Under the pieces are notes generated by a model. That model saw only the letters and a program-made list of their open reading frames with translations, was not told the DNA's origin and did no database searches. From positions 4,694 through 68,693 of the forward strand of contig CBDCRK010000039.1 in the NCBI GenBank assembly GCA_965220955.1: 64,000 nt of DNA. The letters are read 5' to 3'. The DNA comes from an uncultured Candidatus Binatia bacterium. GTDB lineage: Bacteria; Desulfobacterota; Binatia; Bin18; CBDCRK01. Every line of letters starts with the position of its first letter. Position 1 is the first letter of the stretch. Positions 9,595 through 20,657 of this stretch are shown here, in pieces. The translations under genes and the position numbers were made by a program.

Positions 9595-11273
9595 GCGCGG
9601 CCTGGGTCGCGGTCGGCTGTCTACTGGTTTACACCCTTGCCTTTCGTTTCTATGCCCGCCGACTTGCTGGCAAGATTTTCTCCCTTGATTCTAACGCTAT
9701 TACTCCCGCCCACCAACTACGGGATGAGATTGATTATGTTCCGGCTAATCGCTACGTGCTCTTTGGTCACCACTATGCCTCCATTACTGGCCTCTCCCCT
9801 ATGTTGGGCCCAGCTATTGCTGTCATTTGGGGGTGGATCCCTGGACTTCTGTGGGTGGTCTTTGGCGCCATCCTGATTGGCTGTGTCCATGACTTTGGTG
9901 CCTTAGTCCTGTCAATGCGGGCTAGGGGCCAATCGATTGGCAAAGTGACCGAGGGGATCATTGGGCAGCGGGCCAAGACTCTCTTTCACCTGATTATCTT
10001 CTTTGGCATTGCCCTGGCCATGGGGGTATTTGTCTATGTAGTGGCCCTCCTCTTTACCTCAGCCTATTATCCCCAGGCCGTTTTTCCTTCTGCTACTATT
10101 CTGGCGCTGGCTATAACCATGGGAGTGTTGGTTTATAAGAAAAGGGTGCCTCTGGGTCCGGCTACGGCTATAGCCTTTCTCCTTACCTTGATCAGTGTAT
10201 GGATGGGAGCCCGTTTTCCCTTGGGTGGAGATCTGACGGTGGCCCAATGGAGTCTGATCCTGCTCGGATATGCCTTTTTTGCTTCAGTCTTGCCGGTATG
10301 GATGCTGCTGCAGCCCCGGGATTTTATCAACTCGCTGCTTCTTTATCTTGGCCTGGGCAGCATGTACGTTGGCTTTTTTCTTCTACGTCCACAGTTTGTG
10401 GCTCCGGCCGTAGATTTTCATCCTCCAGCCGCGCCCTCTATTTTCCCCTTTGTGTTTATTGTGATTGCTTGCGGGGCAGCCTCTGGCTTTCATGCCCTGG
10501 TCTCTTCCGGTACCACAGCCAAGCAGATTGACAAAGAAACCGATGCCCGTTTCATTGGTTACGGGGGAATGATTGGGGAATCGCTCTTGGGGCTTATGGC
10601 GGTGCTTGCCTGCACGGCAGGGTTTGCCTCAGTCAACGCCTGGCATCAACACTATGCTAACTGGGACACCGCCCAGGGGCTGGGCAGAGGGATCGGGGCG
10701 TTTATCAGCGGCACTTCCCGTTTTGTCTCTGTGCTGGGTCTGGCCCCAGAGCTGGCCAGCATCTTTGTTGCGGTTATTGTGGTTTCCTTTGCCCTCACTA
10801 CTCTAGACTCCGCCACCCGGCTGTTGCGCTACAACATTGCCGAGATAGGCGACACCCTGGGTCTTTCCCTGCTCAATAACCGCTATGTCTCCTCCCTGGT
10901 GGCTATTGGCGCCATTGCTTTCTTTGCTTTCTATAAGGTAGGGGGAGAGTCCGCAGGGCTGTTTCTGTGGCAGCTTTTTGGTACCACCAACCAGCTGCTC
11001 GCCGGCCTTACCCTGCTGGTGATTACCCTCTACCTTGTCCAGCAAAAAAAACCCTACTTCTACACCTTGGTTCCCATGCTGTTTATGCTCGGTAGCACGC
11101 TTACCGCTATGGTAGCAAACCTACAGAGTTTCTGGAAAACGGGCAACTATCCCCTGCTTACGGTTGGCTCGCTGCTTTTTTTCATGGCCTTATGGCTGAC
11201 CGTGGAGGCCGCGGTCAGCCTTACTGGGGCGAGGGTTGAGGAAGTTTCCGGTGGGGTGGACTTCAGAGCCTGA
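9591..11273 (+). CDS. cstA: Carbon starvation protein A family transporter
   Basis: TPAH, DYVP, LFGHHYASI, LLQPRDFIN, IACGAASGFH, LWQLFGTTNQLLA; many TM helices. Confidence 0.9.
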   Translation: MSAAWVAVGCLLVYTLAFRFYARRLAGKIFSLDSNAITPAHQLRDEIDYVPANRYVLFGHHYASITGLSPMLGPAIAVIWGWIPGLLWVVFGAILIGCVHDFGALVLSMRARGQSIGKVTEGIIGQRAKTLFHLIIFFGIALAMGVFVYVVALLFTSAYYPQAVFPSATILALAITMGVLVYKKRVPLGPATAIAFLLTLISVWMGARFPLGGDLTVAQWSLILLGYAFFASVLPVWMLLQPRDFINSLLLYLGLGSMYVGFFLLRPQFVAPAVDFHPPAAPSIFPFVFIVIACGAASGFHALVSSGTTAKQIDKETDARFIGYGGMIGESLLGLMAVLACTAGFASVNAWHQHYANWDTAQGLGRGIGAFISGTSRFVSVLGLAPELASIFVAVIVVSFALTTLDSATRLLRYNIAEIGDTLGLSLLNNRYVSSLVAIGAIAFFAFYKVGGESAGLFLWQLFGTTNQLLAGLTLLVITLYLVQQKKPYFYTLVPMLFMLGSTLTAMVANLQSFWKTGNYPLLTVGSLLFFMALWLTVEAAVSLTGARVEEVSGGVDFRA

Positions 11274-11358
11274 TCAAGCGAATATTGGTCCCGCACTCAA
11301 TGTGTATGTTTTTGTTGCTTGTGATCGCTTGGGGAGATGTTCGCCAATGAAGTAGGAG

Positions 11359-12696
11359 TCAAACGGTTTCCTTCTCTGGCATGACCAGGTTCCAGCAGGC
11401 AAAATGACCCTTAGCCATAACCCGAGGCGAAGAGCTACCGTCCAAGGGAAGAACATAAACCTGAGGAGCAGGGGAAACCTCAACCATATCTTCACTTATG
11501 AATTGACCGGCAAAGGTAAGAAAAGCACCATCAGGAGAGATAAGAGGGTGGGAGCAGGCATATTGGTCAAAGAAGGAAAGGATAAAGGCTTGCTCGCGGC
11601 TGGGAAGAAAGGTAGCCAGGTGAGTCTTCTCATCGGTAGCCAGGTCTAGAGCATGCCAACGGAGACAGTGGTGCGGCATACCGATCTTATTCTCGGCAAG
11701 GTCGAGATAGAGAAGACGTTGGCCACGTGGCGACCAAAAAAAGGCAGTGATCTCTTGGGCAAACAGCTGCCTCACGTTCTGGCTATGTACATCAAGAAGG
11801 TTAAGGCCGGAGAACAAAAGCGATGGTGCGGCATACCGATCGCGTCTGGTTGCACAACCAAAGGCTAGGTAGCGCGAGTCCGGAGACCAAAGAAAAGTGG
11901 TAAGCCCCTCTGTTGGGCAGACCAGCTTCTTTTCCCCGTTGCTCATATCCAGGAGGTGTAGGGCGTCATGTCCATCACTTCCCTGAGCCACATATGCTAA
12001 GTACGACCCGTCAGGCGACCAGTTGGGAGCCCGAAACTCCCCGGGTCTGGCGGTCAACTCTTCCACCACCTTGCCAGACACACCATCAAAGAGAAAAGTC
12101 CAGGCCGAGGATGAAAAACGATAGCTGCCGCCGACATGGGCTGCGCCATAACGCCCTAGTGGAGACCACGTCCAAAATAGGGGAGAGCCGCTGAACAGCA
12201 AGGAGGAGTCACCGGGCTGCCCAAGGCGAAACAATTCAAGAGACAGGCCCCTCTCGCGTTGAAGCAGTGCGGTGATCAATTCCCCATCTGGAGACCAGCT
12301 GCTGTAAATGGGCAGCGTTTCGCTTAAGCTGCATAGCTGCCAGGATTCAATCCCGTCCGCAGCTATCACATAAAGACTTGTACGCACGGCTGACTCAGTT
12401 GTCCCTTGAAGACTGAAGCAGGCTACTTGGCGGCTGTTTGGTGACCACATCGGCCAGACATAAATCAACCGGGAGCGGGTAAGGCCCTGTCCGGATGCCT
12501 CCTCGGAGGTCCCTTCGGGCTCCCCTGTAGGCTCTCCTTCCTCCCATCCCCAGGTAAGACGCTGTTGGTTGGCACCAGTAGCGGAAACCGTATATACGTC
12601 CCCAGCTGCCCCAGTATAGATCAAACGAGAATCAGCTGGGGCTGTCCCACCAGTCTGCACTGCGCCAGCTTGGGCTGCCCCTCTTTTCTCTTCCAT
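11359..12696 (-). CDS. TolB-like (PD40) beta-propeller protein
   Basis: Repeated WSPD/WSPN/WSPR motifs. Confidence 0.75.
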   Translation of the reverse strand: MEEKRGAAQAGAVQTGGTAPADSRLIYTGAAGDVYTVSATGANQQRLTWGWEEGEPTGEPEGTSEEASGQGLTRSRLIYVWPMWSPNSRQVACFSLQGTTESAVRTSLYVIAADGIESWQLCSLSETLPIYSSWSPDGELITALLQRERGLSLELFRLGQPGDSSLLFSGSPLFWTWSPLGRYGAAHVGGSYRFSSSAWTFLFDGVSGKVVEELTARPGEFRAPNWSPDGSYLAYVAQGSDGHDALHLLDMSNGEKKLVCPTEGLTTFLWSPDSRYLAFGCATRRDRYAAPSLLFSGLNLLDVHSQNVRQLFAQEITAFFWSPRGQRLLYLDLAENKIGMPHHCLRWHALDLATDEKTHLATFLPSREQAFILSFFDQYACSHPLISPDGAFLTFAGQFISEDMVEVSPAPQVYVLPLDGSSSPRVMAKGHFACWNLVMPEKETV

Positions 12697-12710
12697 TTCT
12701 CCCCCCGCTG

Positions 12711-13424
12711 TTACTCCTGCCTTGCTCCCTCAAATACCACAATGGGATCTCTGCCCTTGCGCACCCGTCGTAACAACACATATAGAGCTCCTGGACCACC
12801 GTCATGCGGACGAGCGGTTGCAAAAGCAAGAATCAACTTAGACAGTCTCCCCCGAGAGAGCCAAAACTTTAAGCGATCTTTGAGCACCGGGATTTGGCCT
12901 GCCGAGTTCCGTCCACGGCCATGCACAATGAGTATACAACGCAGACCATCGCGCACGGCATTGGTGAGAAACTGCTCCACCTCTGCCTGTGCCAGGTCGA
13001 TTGTCAGGCCATGAAGGTCAAGGTGCTCCTGACGAGGGAAGTCTCCCTGCCGCAGCTTTCTTACCAGACGGAGGTCCAGACCAACAATTGTGCCTTCGAT
13101 GTATTCATCTGTATCCGTGATATCAAATCCCTTTTTACCCGAGACCAGATCCGACAGTTCTGCCAGCGCTTCTGCCTCAGAGTCAATCAGCGGGCGACGG
13201 GCGAAGAGGGCAGGCGGAATCCCCCCGACCCGGGATCGGTCGTCCTTGGCCAAAGGCACCACATCGGCCATTTCTTGCCGGAACAGCTCTTCTTGGGTTT
13301 GCTCAGACTCGGGATACGAGAAAGACGGTTTCGTCAGAATAGGTTTCTCTGTCTCTCTAGAGGCTTGGTTCGTAGATTTAAAGATATGCTTTAGCTTGTG
13401 AAAAGGCGAGTTAAAGGATGACAT
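12711..13424 (-). CDS. Smr/MutS2 domain endonuclease (SmrA-like)
   Basis: LDLHG, IVHGRG, HDGGPGALYVLL; start taken at ATG 13424. Confidence 0.9.
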   Translation of the reverse strand: MSSFNSPFHKLKHIFKSTNQASRETEKPILTKPSFSYPESEQTQEELFRQEMADVVPLAKDDRSRVGGIPPALFARRPLIDSEAEALAELSDLVSGKKGFDITDTDEYIEGTIVGLDLRLVRKLRQGDFPRQEHLDLHGLTIDLAQAEVEQFLTNAVRDGLRCILIVHGRGRNSAGQIPVLKDRLKFWLSRGRLSKLILAFATARPHDGGPGALYVLLRRVRKGRDPIVVFEGARQE

Positions 13425-13555
13425 GGACAAAATGGTACACAGGAAAGGCAGAAAGAACAAGTAGATCTCCTCGCAGAGAGATAAAGCTAGAGAGGGCCGT
13501 GGACTCCTCCCCAACGCTATGTGCCCTAGATTGTGCTGAAGGGAACTTTCTGAGC

Positions 13556-13918
13556 TTAAAGCAAACGAATACGTGGCACCCGCAAGCGCTCGAAAAAACC
13601 TGCCCGTGCGTGCTTGGAGCTTCTTAGTTCTTTCAGATAAGTTTCGACCCCCCGGTAGAGGGTATCCACATCAACCTTCTGGTACTGAGGACAATAGTTC
13701 TCCAGCTGGAGCAGGGCTTGAGTGAGAAGGTTGATTGTGCCCCGGTGCCCACCACGGTGAAAGCGAAGATGCAGGGCGGTGGCCAGCTGAATAACCCCCT
13801 GGTAGAATTTCTTGTCTTCCTCTGATGCCTTTTGCCAGGCTTCCTCGAGGACTTCGTGACAGGCAAAATAATCGCGGCGATTGAACAGGGTAATGGCATC
13901 TTTAAGGCTGTCATTCAT
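13556..13918 (-). CDS. DUF309 domain protein
   Basis: LFN...YFACHEVLEEAW...FYQGVIQLA. Confidence 0.85.
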   Translation of the reverse strand: MNDSLKDAITLFNRRDYFACHEVLEEAWQKASEEDKKFYQGVIQLATALHLRFHRGGHRGTINLLTQALLQLENYCPQYQKVDVDTLYRGVETYLKELRSSKHARAGFFERLRVPRIRLL

Positions 13919-15198
13919 GTTAGAGAGCCGCTGTTAAGGTGGTAGAAAACTAAACCCGTCAACAGCTTGGGGAAAAAGTAGGTAGATTTCTCCGGCATCA
14001 TCTCTCCGGTCGAACACACGGCCTGAATCTCTTCTACCGTGGTAGGGTTGAGAAAAAAGGCAGCCTGATACCTGCCCTCAGCCACCAAACGCAAGGTCTC
14101 TTCTTCAGCAACTGTGTATTCCAGCTTCTGTTTTTGCACGGCCGGGGGTAGACCAAGGTATCTCTCAAAAATCACCGTATGTAAAACAGCAACATCCAGG
14201 CTCCTCACAGGATCAGACAGCGGAATCCCTCTTTGCACCCGGTCATCAAACGAGAGCAGCCAGTAGTGCTCGGCCTCAGCCAGCACACAGCCGATCCGCC
14301 TGTCTTGACCCGGAGCTTTGAGGGCAGCAAAAAAGGCCGCGGGATGATTCTTGGGGAAAAGGGTAACACGGAAGTTGCCCCGCAAAACTTTTTGCAGGTC
14401 CGGGGCTCTTGGCAGGGGCACCTCACGCAGCAGGCGGTGGGTGGGAAGAATTACCAGCCCTTCTTCCTGCATATGGGTGAGGTAGGTCAAGACATAATGA
14501 AAGGGTTCTTCCCCGTTTGTGGGAGCCTGGGCCATACGCTCATTACAATAGCGCAGAGCCGTCTCATAACGGTGGTGTCCATCGGCAATAAGTACTGGCT
14601 CCTGCGCTAACCCATGGACAAACTCGTGGATAATGTCTCGATTGGTTACTCGCCAGAAACGGTGGGTGACTTCCCCATTGTCCTTCACGTCAGCCAGGGG
14701 CGGCGCCTCTAACCTTTCTTCGACCTCTTGCAGCAAAGGCCCTTGGGGCCGTGAATAGAGAGCAAAAATAGGGCTAAAGTTGGCCTGGCAGGAACGAAGC
14801 AATTCCAGGCGGTCGGTCTTAACCTTTTCTAGTGTGTGCTCGTGGGGCCGTACCATGCGGGTAGAAAACTCTTCTAGTCGCATGGCAGCAACAATTCCCC
14901 GCCGGAAGCGCTGCCCTCCCCTATGAGTAAACTCTTGTCGATAAAAGTACAGGGCCGGTTCTTGCTCTTGCATCAAGACGCCCTGGGCCAGCCAGTCGGT
15001 AAAAGTTCTGGCAGCCAAACTGTACCGCTCGGTATCCCGGTTTAAATCGAGGCGAACCGAGTTGTAGGGACTACGTAGGTAGAGTTCTTCCTGCAACTCC
15101 GGGGTAATGACGTCATAAGGAGGAGAAACAATCTGTTGGAGGTCAGCAACAACCTCTGGATTGTAGCGGAGCCCACGAAAAGGTTTTAGCATTACCAT
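13915..15198 (-). CDS. DUF1015 family protein
   Basis: PFRGLRY, SPPYDVI, PHEHT, IADGHHRYETA, MPEKSTYFFPK. Confidence 0.9.
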   Translation of the reverse strand: MVMLKPFRGLRYNPEVVADLQQIVSPPYDVITPELQEELYLRSPYNSVRLDLNRDTERYSLAARTFTDWLAQGVLMQEQEPALYFYRQEFTHRGGQRFRRGIVAAMRLEEFSTRMVRPHEHTLEKVKTDRLELLRSCQANFSPIFALYSRPQGPLLQEVEERLEAPPLADVKDNGEVTHRFWRVTNRDIIHEFVHGLAQEPVLIADGHHRYETALRYCNERMAQAPTNGEEPFHYVLTYLTHMQEEGLVILPTHRLLREVPLPRAPDLQKVLRGNFRVTLFPKNHPAAFFAALKAPGQDRRIGCVLAEAEHYWLLSFDDRVQRGIPLSDPVRSLDVAVLHTVIFERYLGLPPAVQKQKLEYTVAEEETLRLVAEGRYQAAFFLNPTTVEEIQAVCSTGEMMPEKSTYFFPKLLTGLVFYHLNSGSLT

Positions 15199-15208
15199 AA
15201 GGATAACT

Positions 15209-15841
15209 TTACGGATTTGATAGGGTTCTGTGAAGGGCCTGAGCAAGAGCCGAAGAAGGAATAACTCCCTCACGGATAAGGACCGGATCTTTACCTGTTA
15301 TGTCCACTACGGTGGACCCGATTCCACCGCTCAGGGCGCCACCGTCAAGATAGTAGTCCACGCTCTCGCCAAAGTACGCCTGGGCCTCGGTAAGGTGAAC
15401 CGGAGGGGACTGGCCTGCAGGATTAGCACTGGGCGTGGTAAGAGGCCGGCCGAGCTCTCGAACAAGGGCAGTGGCAATAAGATGACTGGACAGGCGAAGA
15501 CCAATAGTACCTGTACCGCCGGTGAGGAGAGGGGAGAGGATGGGCAGAGCAGGAAAGATAAGGGTTAAAGGGCCGGGCCAGAAAGCCCTGATTAATGGAC
15601 GGGCAAGATCGGGAATCCCATCTACCACCTGTTCTAACATGGCCTCATTAGCAATAAGCAAAGAAATAGGTTTTCCTTGGGGTCGCTCTTTGAGCCGGAA
15701 GAGACGTTTGACCGCATTTTCATTGAGGGCTTCCACTCCCAAGCCATATAAGGTCTCTGTTGGATAGACAATGACTCCTCCCTGTTTGAGAGCCTGAAGA
15801 GCCTGGGGCAGGTTGCCTGGCAGCACAGCAGAGGAGGTCAC
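15209..15841 (-). CDS. tsaC: L-threonylcarbamoyladenylate synthase (Sua5/YrdC)
   Basis: YPTETLYGL, KERP, FWPGPLT, TPSAN, STVVD, IREG. Confidence 0.9.
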   Translation of the reverse strand: MTSSAVLPGNLPQALQALKQGGVIVYPTETLYGLGVEALNENAVKRLFRLKERPQGKPISLLIANEAMLEQVVDGIPDLARPLIRAFWPGPLTLIFPALPILSPLLTGGTGTIGLRLSSHLIATALVRELGRPLTTPSANPAGQSPPVHLTEAQAYFGESVDYYLDGGALSGGIGSTVVDITGKDPVLIREGVIPSSALAQALHRTLSNP

Positions 15842-16368
15842 AGGCGGACCTTCTCTTGGAGCTGGCGGTCTCTCTCTGCCACTCTCTCTGCCAGCTCGGC
15901 CTTGAAGCGGAGCAGGCGTGTTGCCAGGGCTTTATTGTTGAGGGCAAGGATTTGGGCCGCCACAATAGCCGCGTTTTCCGCGCCTGCTTTGCCTATTGCC
16001 ATGGTGGCCACCGGTACACCGGCAGGCATCTGTACGGTGGCAAGAAGAGCATCAAGGCCCCGGAGGTCGCTGCTAGCAAGAGGAACGCCAATAACGGGGA
16101 CTGTGGTGTGAGCGGCAATGGTTCCGGCTAGGTGAGCGGCAGCCCCAGCCCCAACAATAAAAACCGCAATCCCTCGCTTACCAGCGGAAGCAACATAGGT
16201 AGCCGTCCGCTCTGGCGAGCGGTGGGCGGATGTCACCGTTACCTCATAGGCAAGGCCAAAGGTTTCTAGTCTTTTGGTCGCAGCAGACATAACCTCCCAG
16301 TCACTATCGCTACCCATAACTACGGCAACCCGGGGAGGCTTGGTTGATCTCTTTTTTGCCACCGGCAT
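15838..16368 (-). CDS. purE: N5-carboxyaminoimidazole ribonucleotide mutase
   Basis: MGSDSD, SAHRSP, AGAAAHLAG, QMPAGVPVAT. Confidence 0.95.
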   Translation of the reverse strand: MPVAKKRSTKPPRVAVVMGSDSDWEVMSAATKRLETFGLAYEVTVTSAHRSPERTATYVASAGKRGIAVFIVGAGAAAHLAGTIAAHTTVPVIGVPLASSDLRGLDALLATVQMPAGVPVATMAIGKAGAENAAIVAAQILALNNKALATRLLRFKAELAERVAERDRQLQEKVRL

Positions 16369-16376
16369 CCTCAGAG

Positions 16377-17645
16377 TCAGGTCAGGGCTCTTCGGCCAAT
16401 ATCCTTACGGTAATACATGCCCTGCCATTTGACTTTCTCTACTGCCCAGTAGGCCTCGTCAATAGCCTGGCTGAGGTTTCCACCTATTGCGGTCACTCCT
16501 AGGACCCTACCACCGTGGGTTATTAACTTCCCATTACTTCTGGCGGTCCCGGCGTGAAACACCGCCCCTTTCTTCCAATGGCGTAGTTTCCCTAAGCCAG
16601 AAATTTTTTTACCCTGCTCATAGCTTCCCGGGTATCCATCGGCAGCAAGCACCACGCATACCGCTGCTCGTTCATCCCAAAGAAGCTCTACCCCATCAAG
16701 CTGTTCTTCAATCACTGCTTCCATGACCTCTACCAAGTCGGACTTCAGGCGCATTATAAGCGGTTGACACTCCGGGTCACCAAAGCGGGCGTTAAACTCC
16801 AGGACTTTAGCCTCTTGCCCCTGAACCATAAGCCCGGCATAGAGAACACCCTTATACTTGATCCCTTGTTGCCTCAGCCCCTTTACTGCCGGGATCATAA
16901 TCTCGCTCATGACCCTGGTGGCAAGGGCTGGAGTGATTACGGGCGGCGGCGAGCAGGCGCCCATCCCTCCAGTGTTAGGCCCTCGATCACCGTCAAAGGC
17001 CCGCTTGTAGTCCTGGGCAGGATCGAGGGGAAGAACAGTCTGGCCATCGGTAAAGGCCATAAACGAGGCTTCCTCACCTTCAAGGAACTGCTCCACCACA
17101 ATCCGTTCTCCGGCATCGCCAAAGAGCTTGCCCCGCATGATCTCATCCACCGCCTGGTAAGCCTCTTTGACCGTAGTACAGATCAGTACCCCTTTGCCTC
17201 CGGCTAGACCGTCTGCCTTAACCACAATGGGACTACCAACCTCTTTAATATAGATCTTGGCTTCCTCAGGATCAGAGAACACTCCAAAGTAAGGGGTGGG
17301 AATATTGCAGCGGCGCAAGAGTCTTTTAGCAAAGGCTTTGCTCGCTTCAATCTGGGTAGCCTTCTGACCAGGGCCAAAGATCTTTAGCCTATGTAGCTCA
17401 AACTCGTCGACTATACCCAGGCTGAGTGGCAGCTCCGGCCCCACCACAGTCAGTGCGATCCGCTCCTCCTCAGCAAACTGTCTTAGCCCCTTGATGTTAT
17501 TTGGGGCCAGGTCGACGAGATCTGCTATCTCTGCTATACCGGCGTTTCCCGGCGCGCAATAAATTCTCTCCACCCGCGGGTTTTGCCTGATCTTCCACAC
17601 CAGCGCATGTTCTCTACCCCCGCTGCCAATGACCAAAACTTTCAT
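16377..17645 (-). CDS. purD: Phosphoribosylamine--glycine ligase
   Basis: MKVLVIGSGGREHAL, KADGLAGGKGV, GPNTGGMGA, EFNARFGDPE. Confidence 0.97.
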   Translation of the reverse strand: MKVLVIGSGGREHALVWKIRQNPRVERIYCAPGNAGIAEIADLVDLAPNNIKGLRQFAEEERIALTVVGPELPLSLGIVDEFELHRLKIFGPGQKATQIEASKAFAKRLLRRCNIPTPYFGVFSDPEEAKIYIKEVGSPIVVKADGLAGGKGVLICTTVKEAYQAVDEIMRGKLFGDAGERIVVEQFLEGEEASFMAFTDGQTVLPLDPAQDYKRAFDGDRGPNTGGMGACSPPPVITPALATRVMSEIMIPAVKGLRQQGIKYKGVLYAGLMVQGQEAKVLEFNARFGDPECQPLIMRLKSDLVEVMEAVIEEQLDGVELLWDERAAVCVVLAADGYPGSYEQGKKISGLGKLRHWKKGAVFHAGTARSNGKLITHGGRVLGVTAIGGNLSQAIDEAYWAVEKVKWQGMYYRKDIGRRALT

Positions 17646-17836
17646 ACCTGCACTCGCATAGGGTTTATAGTTTACCCCTTTGCTCCTGACCAACCTACCC
17701 AATAGCCCAGGGCCTAAGGCTTAGGACCAAATTTATGTACCGGCCCTCGCCCTTAGCCTCTCAGGCCCTTAGTTCTATACCGCTACAAACTAATAAACTA
17801 TAAGTGGAGCAGGTAGGCAATACGTAATAAAACTAG

Positions 17837-19429
17837 CTAATGGCGAAAATGGCGCATTTGGGTAAACACCATGGCCAAGCCATGCTCGTTAGCTGCCTCA
17901 ATCACCTCTTGGTCGCGCAAGCTGCCCCCGGGTTGGATAATGGCTTTAGCTCCCGCACGGGCAGCAACATCAACGCCGTCGCGAAAAGGGAAAAAGGCGT
18001 CAGAGGCAACCACCGTACCCTGGGTGTCGAGCCCCAAGTCCCGCGCGCGCATGATGGCTACTTTAGCTGCATCTACCCGGCTCATCTGCCCGGCACCAAC
18101 ACCAATAACCTGGTCCTCCCGAGCAAAAACAATAGCATTAGACTTTACATGCTTGCATACCTTCCAGCCAAAGTCTAAGGCCTGATACTCTGCTGGCGCT
18201 GGCTGTCTACGGGTAACCACCTGACAGTCAGCTACTTTGACCTGGCCCAGGTCCCGCTCCTGCAACAGCAGGCCGCCAACCACCTGCTTAATTTCGTGTT
18301 GGGATAATGGCGGTTGCTCCGGCATGGAAACCTCAAGGAGCCGGATGTTTTGTAGGCGCTTAGAGGAAACCAGCATTTCCTGCGCCCGGGCAGAAAAGGC
18401 CGGGGCAATAACAATTTCCAAAAATCCTTGTTGGTAAAGGCGGAGAATCTCCTGGGCGGTCTCTTCGTCCACCTCACGGTTAAACCCCACAATACCGCCA
18501 AAAATCGACACTGGATCACAGGCCCAGGCTTTACGAAAAGCGTCCGCCGTGGAGATGGTAGAGGTGGCTACTCCACAGGGATTGGTGTGTTTGATCGCAA
18601 CCGCAGCAATCTCCCCCACAAACTCTTTGAGGAGTTCTAGCGCAGCATTAGCATCAACAATATTATTGAACGAAAGCTCTTTGCCCTGCAGCTGGCGGGC
18701 GCTAGCTATGCTAGGTTCGTTAATTTCCCGCTCTCGGTAAAAAACCCCGGCTTGGTGGGGATTTTCCCCATAGCGAAGGTCTTGGGCCTTAAAGAACTGC
18801 AGATGCAGGGTGTCGTTGAAGGGTTTACGCTGCCCCTCATCAACGCCTCCCAGGTAGTCGGCAATGGCCCCGTCGTAACGGGCGGTGAGTTGGAAGGCTT
18901 TCTTGGCCAGAGCGAATTTGCTTGCCAGCGAAAGACTCCCATCATGGGCCCACATTTCGGCAAGGATGCTAGGGTAGTCAGCCGGGTCGATTATGACTGC
19001 AACGTCTCTATAGTTTTTTGCCGCCGCCCGGATAAGTGTAGGACCACCAATGTCAATGTTTTCTATGGCCTCGGCTAGCAAGCACTCAGGTTTGGCCACA
19101 GTCTGTTCAAAAGGATAGAGGTTCACTGCCACCAGGTCGATAGTCGGAAGGTTATGAAGGCTCATCTGTTGCTGGTGAGTAGGGTTATCCCGCTGCCCTA
19201 GGATCCCTCCGTGGATCTTGGGATGAAGGGTTTTCAATCGGCCATCAAGCATTTCCGGAAAACCCGTGTGCTCTTCTATGCGCACAACGTTGATCCCCGC
19301 CTCCTCCAGGGCCTTGGCCGTTCCGCCGGTAGAGAGAATCTCCACTCCCAGGGCCACAAGCTCCTGAGCTAGCTCTACCACGCCGTGCTTGTTGCTAACA
19401 CTTATAAGAGCCCGAACGATTTTGCTCAT
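17837..19429 (-). CDS. purH: Bifunctional AICAR transformylase/IMP cyclohydrolase
   Basis: [46 protein letters not shown]. Confidence 0.97.
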   Translation of the reverse strand: MSKIVRALISVSNKHGVVELAQELVALGVEILSTGGTAKALEEAGINVVRIEEHTGFPEMLDGRLKTLHPKIHGGILGQRDNPTHQQQMSLHNLPTIDLVAVNLYPFEQTVAKPECLLAEAIENIDIGGPTLIRAAAKNYRDVAVIIDPADYPSILAEMWAHDGSLSLASKFALAKKAFQLTARYDGAIADYLGGVDEGQRKPFNDTLHLQFFKAQDLRYGENPHQAGVFYREREINEPSIASARQLQGKELSFNNIVDANAALELLKEFVGEIAAVAIKHTNPCGVATSTISTADAFRKAWACDPVSIFGGIVGFNREVDEETAQEILRLYQQGFLEIVIAPAFSARAQEMLVSSKRLQNIRLLEVSMPEQPPLSQHEIKQVVGGLLLQERDLGQVKVADCQVVTRRQPAPAEYQALDFGWKVCKHVKSNAIVFAREDQVIGVGAGQMSRVDAAKVAIMRARDLGLDTQGTVVASDAFFPFRDGVDVAARAGAKAIIQPGGSLRDQEVIEAANEHGLAMVFTQMRHFRH

Positions 19430-19519
19430 ACCCTTCTCTTCTTCTATGAGGAGTGAACGGGACATAGCAAAACCACCCTGGGTTGTAAAGGAGAAGGGAA
19501 AAGACTATGGTAAAAAATA

Positions 19520-19720
19520 ATGACCATCATGCTCAACGGCGAGGAGCGGACCTTAAAAGAAGGTACCACCGTTGCCGAGCTCATTGCCGAGCTGGGCATA
19601 AAAAAGCGGCGTATTGCCGTAGAGGTCAACCGGGATATCATCCCCCGGGAAGAATATGCAACCACAGAGCTGCACCCTGGGGACTTGGTAGAAGTCGTCC
19701 ACTTTGTGGGTGGGGGGTAG
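19520..19720 (+). CDS. thiS: Sulfur carrier protein ThiS
   Basis: 66-aa ubiquitin-like protein ending VHFVGGG, directly upstream of thiG. Confidence 0.95.
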   Translation: MTIMLNGEERTLKEGTTVAELIAELGIKKRRIAVEVNRDIIPREEYATTELHPGDLVEVVHFVGGG

Positions 19721-19759
19721 ACTAGGATAACAAGGGTATAGGTCCTGCGGAGGAATATT

Positions 19760-20533
19760 ATGCAAGATCCGTTTGTCCTAGCAGGGAAAGAGTATCAATC
19801 TCGACTAATCGTTGGCACTGGTAAATATAAAGATTTTACTGAGACCAAGCGGGCTATAGAGATATCGGGAGCCGAGATTGTTACGGTGGCAGTGCGTCGG
19901 GTGAACATCACTGATCCCGGCAAAGAGAGTTTACTCGAATACCTTGACCCTAAAGTCTACACTATCCTGCCCAATACCGCTGGTTGTTACACGGCCGAAG
20001 AAGCCGTACGGACCTGTAGGCTCGCCCGTGAGGCTGGGGTGGGAACCTTGGTAAAGTTAGAGGTGATCGGTGATGAGAAGACTCTCTTTCCCGACATTCC
20101 TGCCACCATTGAGGCGGCCAGGACTTTAGTCAAAGAGGGATTTACTGTCCTTCCTTATATCAATGACGATCCGATCACGTGCCAGCGACTGGAAGAAATT
20201 GGCTGCGCCGCGGTCATGCCACTGGCCGCGCCCATTGGCTCGGGCCTGGGCATTCGCAACCCCTATAATATTCGTATTATCCTTGAGCACAGCAAAGTAC
20301 CGGTGATTGTGGACGCCGGAGTAGGAACAGCCTCAGACGCAGCTGAGGCCTTGGAGCTAGGGTGTGATGCGGTGCTTATGAACACGGCCATTGCCGGGGC
20401 TAAAGACCCTATCCTTATGGCTGAGGCCATGAGGCTGGGCATTGAGGCGGGCCGCAAGGCATTTCTTGCTGGTCGCATTCCCAGAAAGCTTTATGCCACT
20501 GCCTCCAGCCCTCTGGAGGGAATGATCCAGTAG
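19760..20533 (+). CDS. thiG: Thiazole synthase
   Basis: [39 protein letters not shown]. Confidence 0.97.
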   Translation: MQDPFVLAGKEYQSRLIVGTGKYKDFTETKRAIEISGAEIVTVAVRRVNITDPGKESLLEYLDPKVYTILPNTAGCYTAEEAVRTCRLAREAGVGTLVKLEVIGDEKTLFPDIPATIEAARTLVKEGFTVLPYINDDPITCQRLEEIGCAAVMPLAAPIGSGLGIRNPYNIRIILEHSKVPVIVDAGVGTASDAAEALELGCDAVLMNTAIAGAKDPILMAEAMRLGIEAGRKAFLAGRIPRKLYATASSPLEGMIQ

Positions 20534-20657
20534 CCATAAGCTGCTCGGCCAGCAGCCTTCAGCCGTCAGCACAGAAGGAGTTAAGAATTTTCAGTTCTTC
20601 AACTCCTCGTCCATAACTCTTCCCTGGGTCCGAGGCTGATCGCTTAGTGTGGACCTC

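Noticed and set aside
19430-19519. TPP or ZTP riboswitch between purH and thiS
   Set aside because: The gap is only ~90 bp and lacks the conserved riboswitch motifs
20533-20648. Heptamer-like AGCnnTC runs as an ncRNA
   Set aside because: Low-complexity intergenic repeats with no recognisable RNA family features
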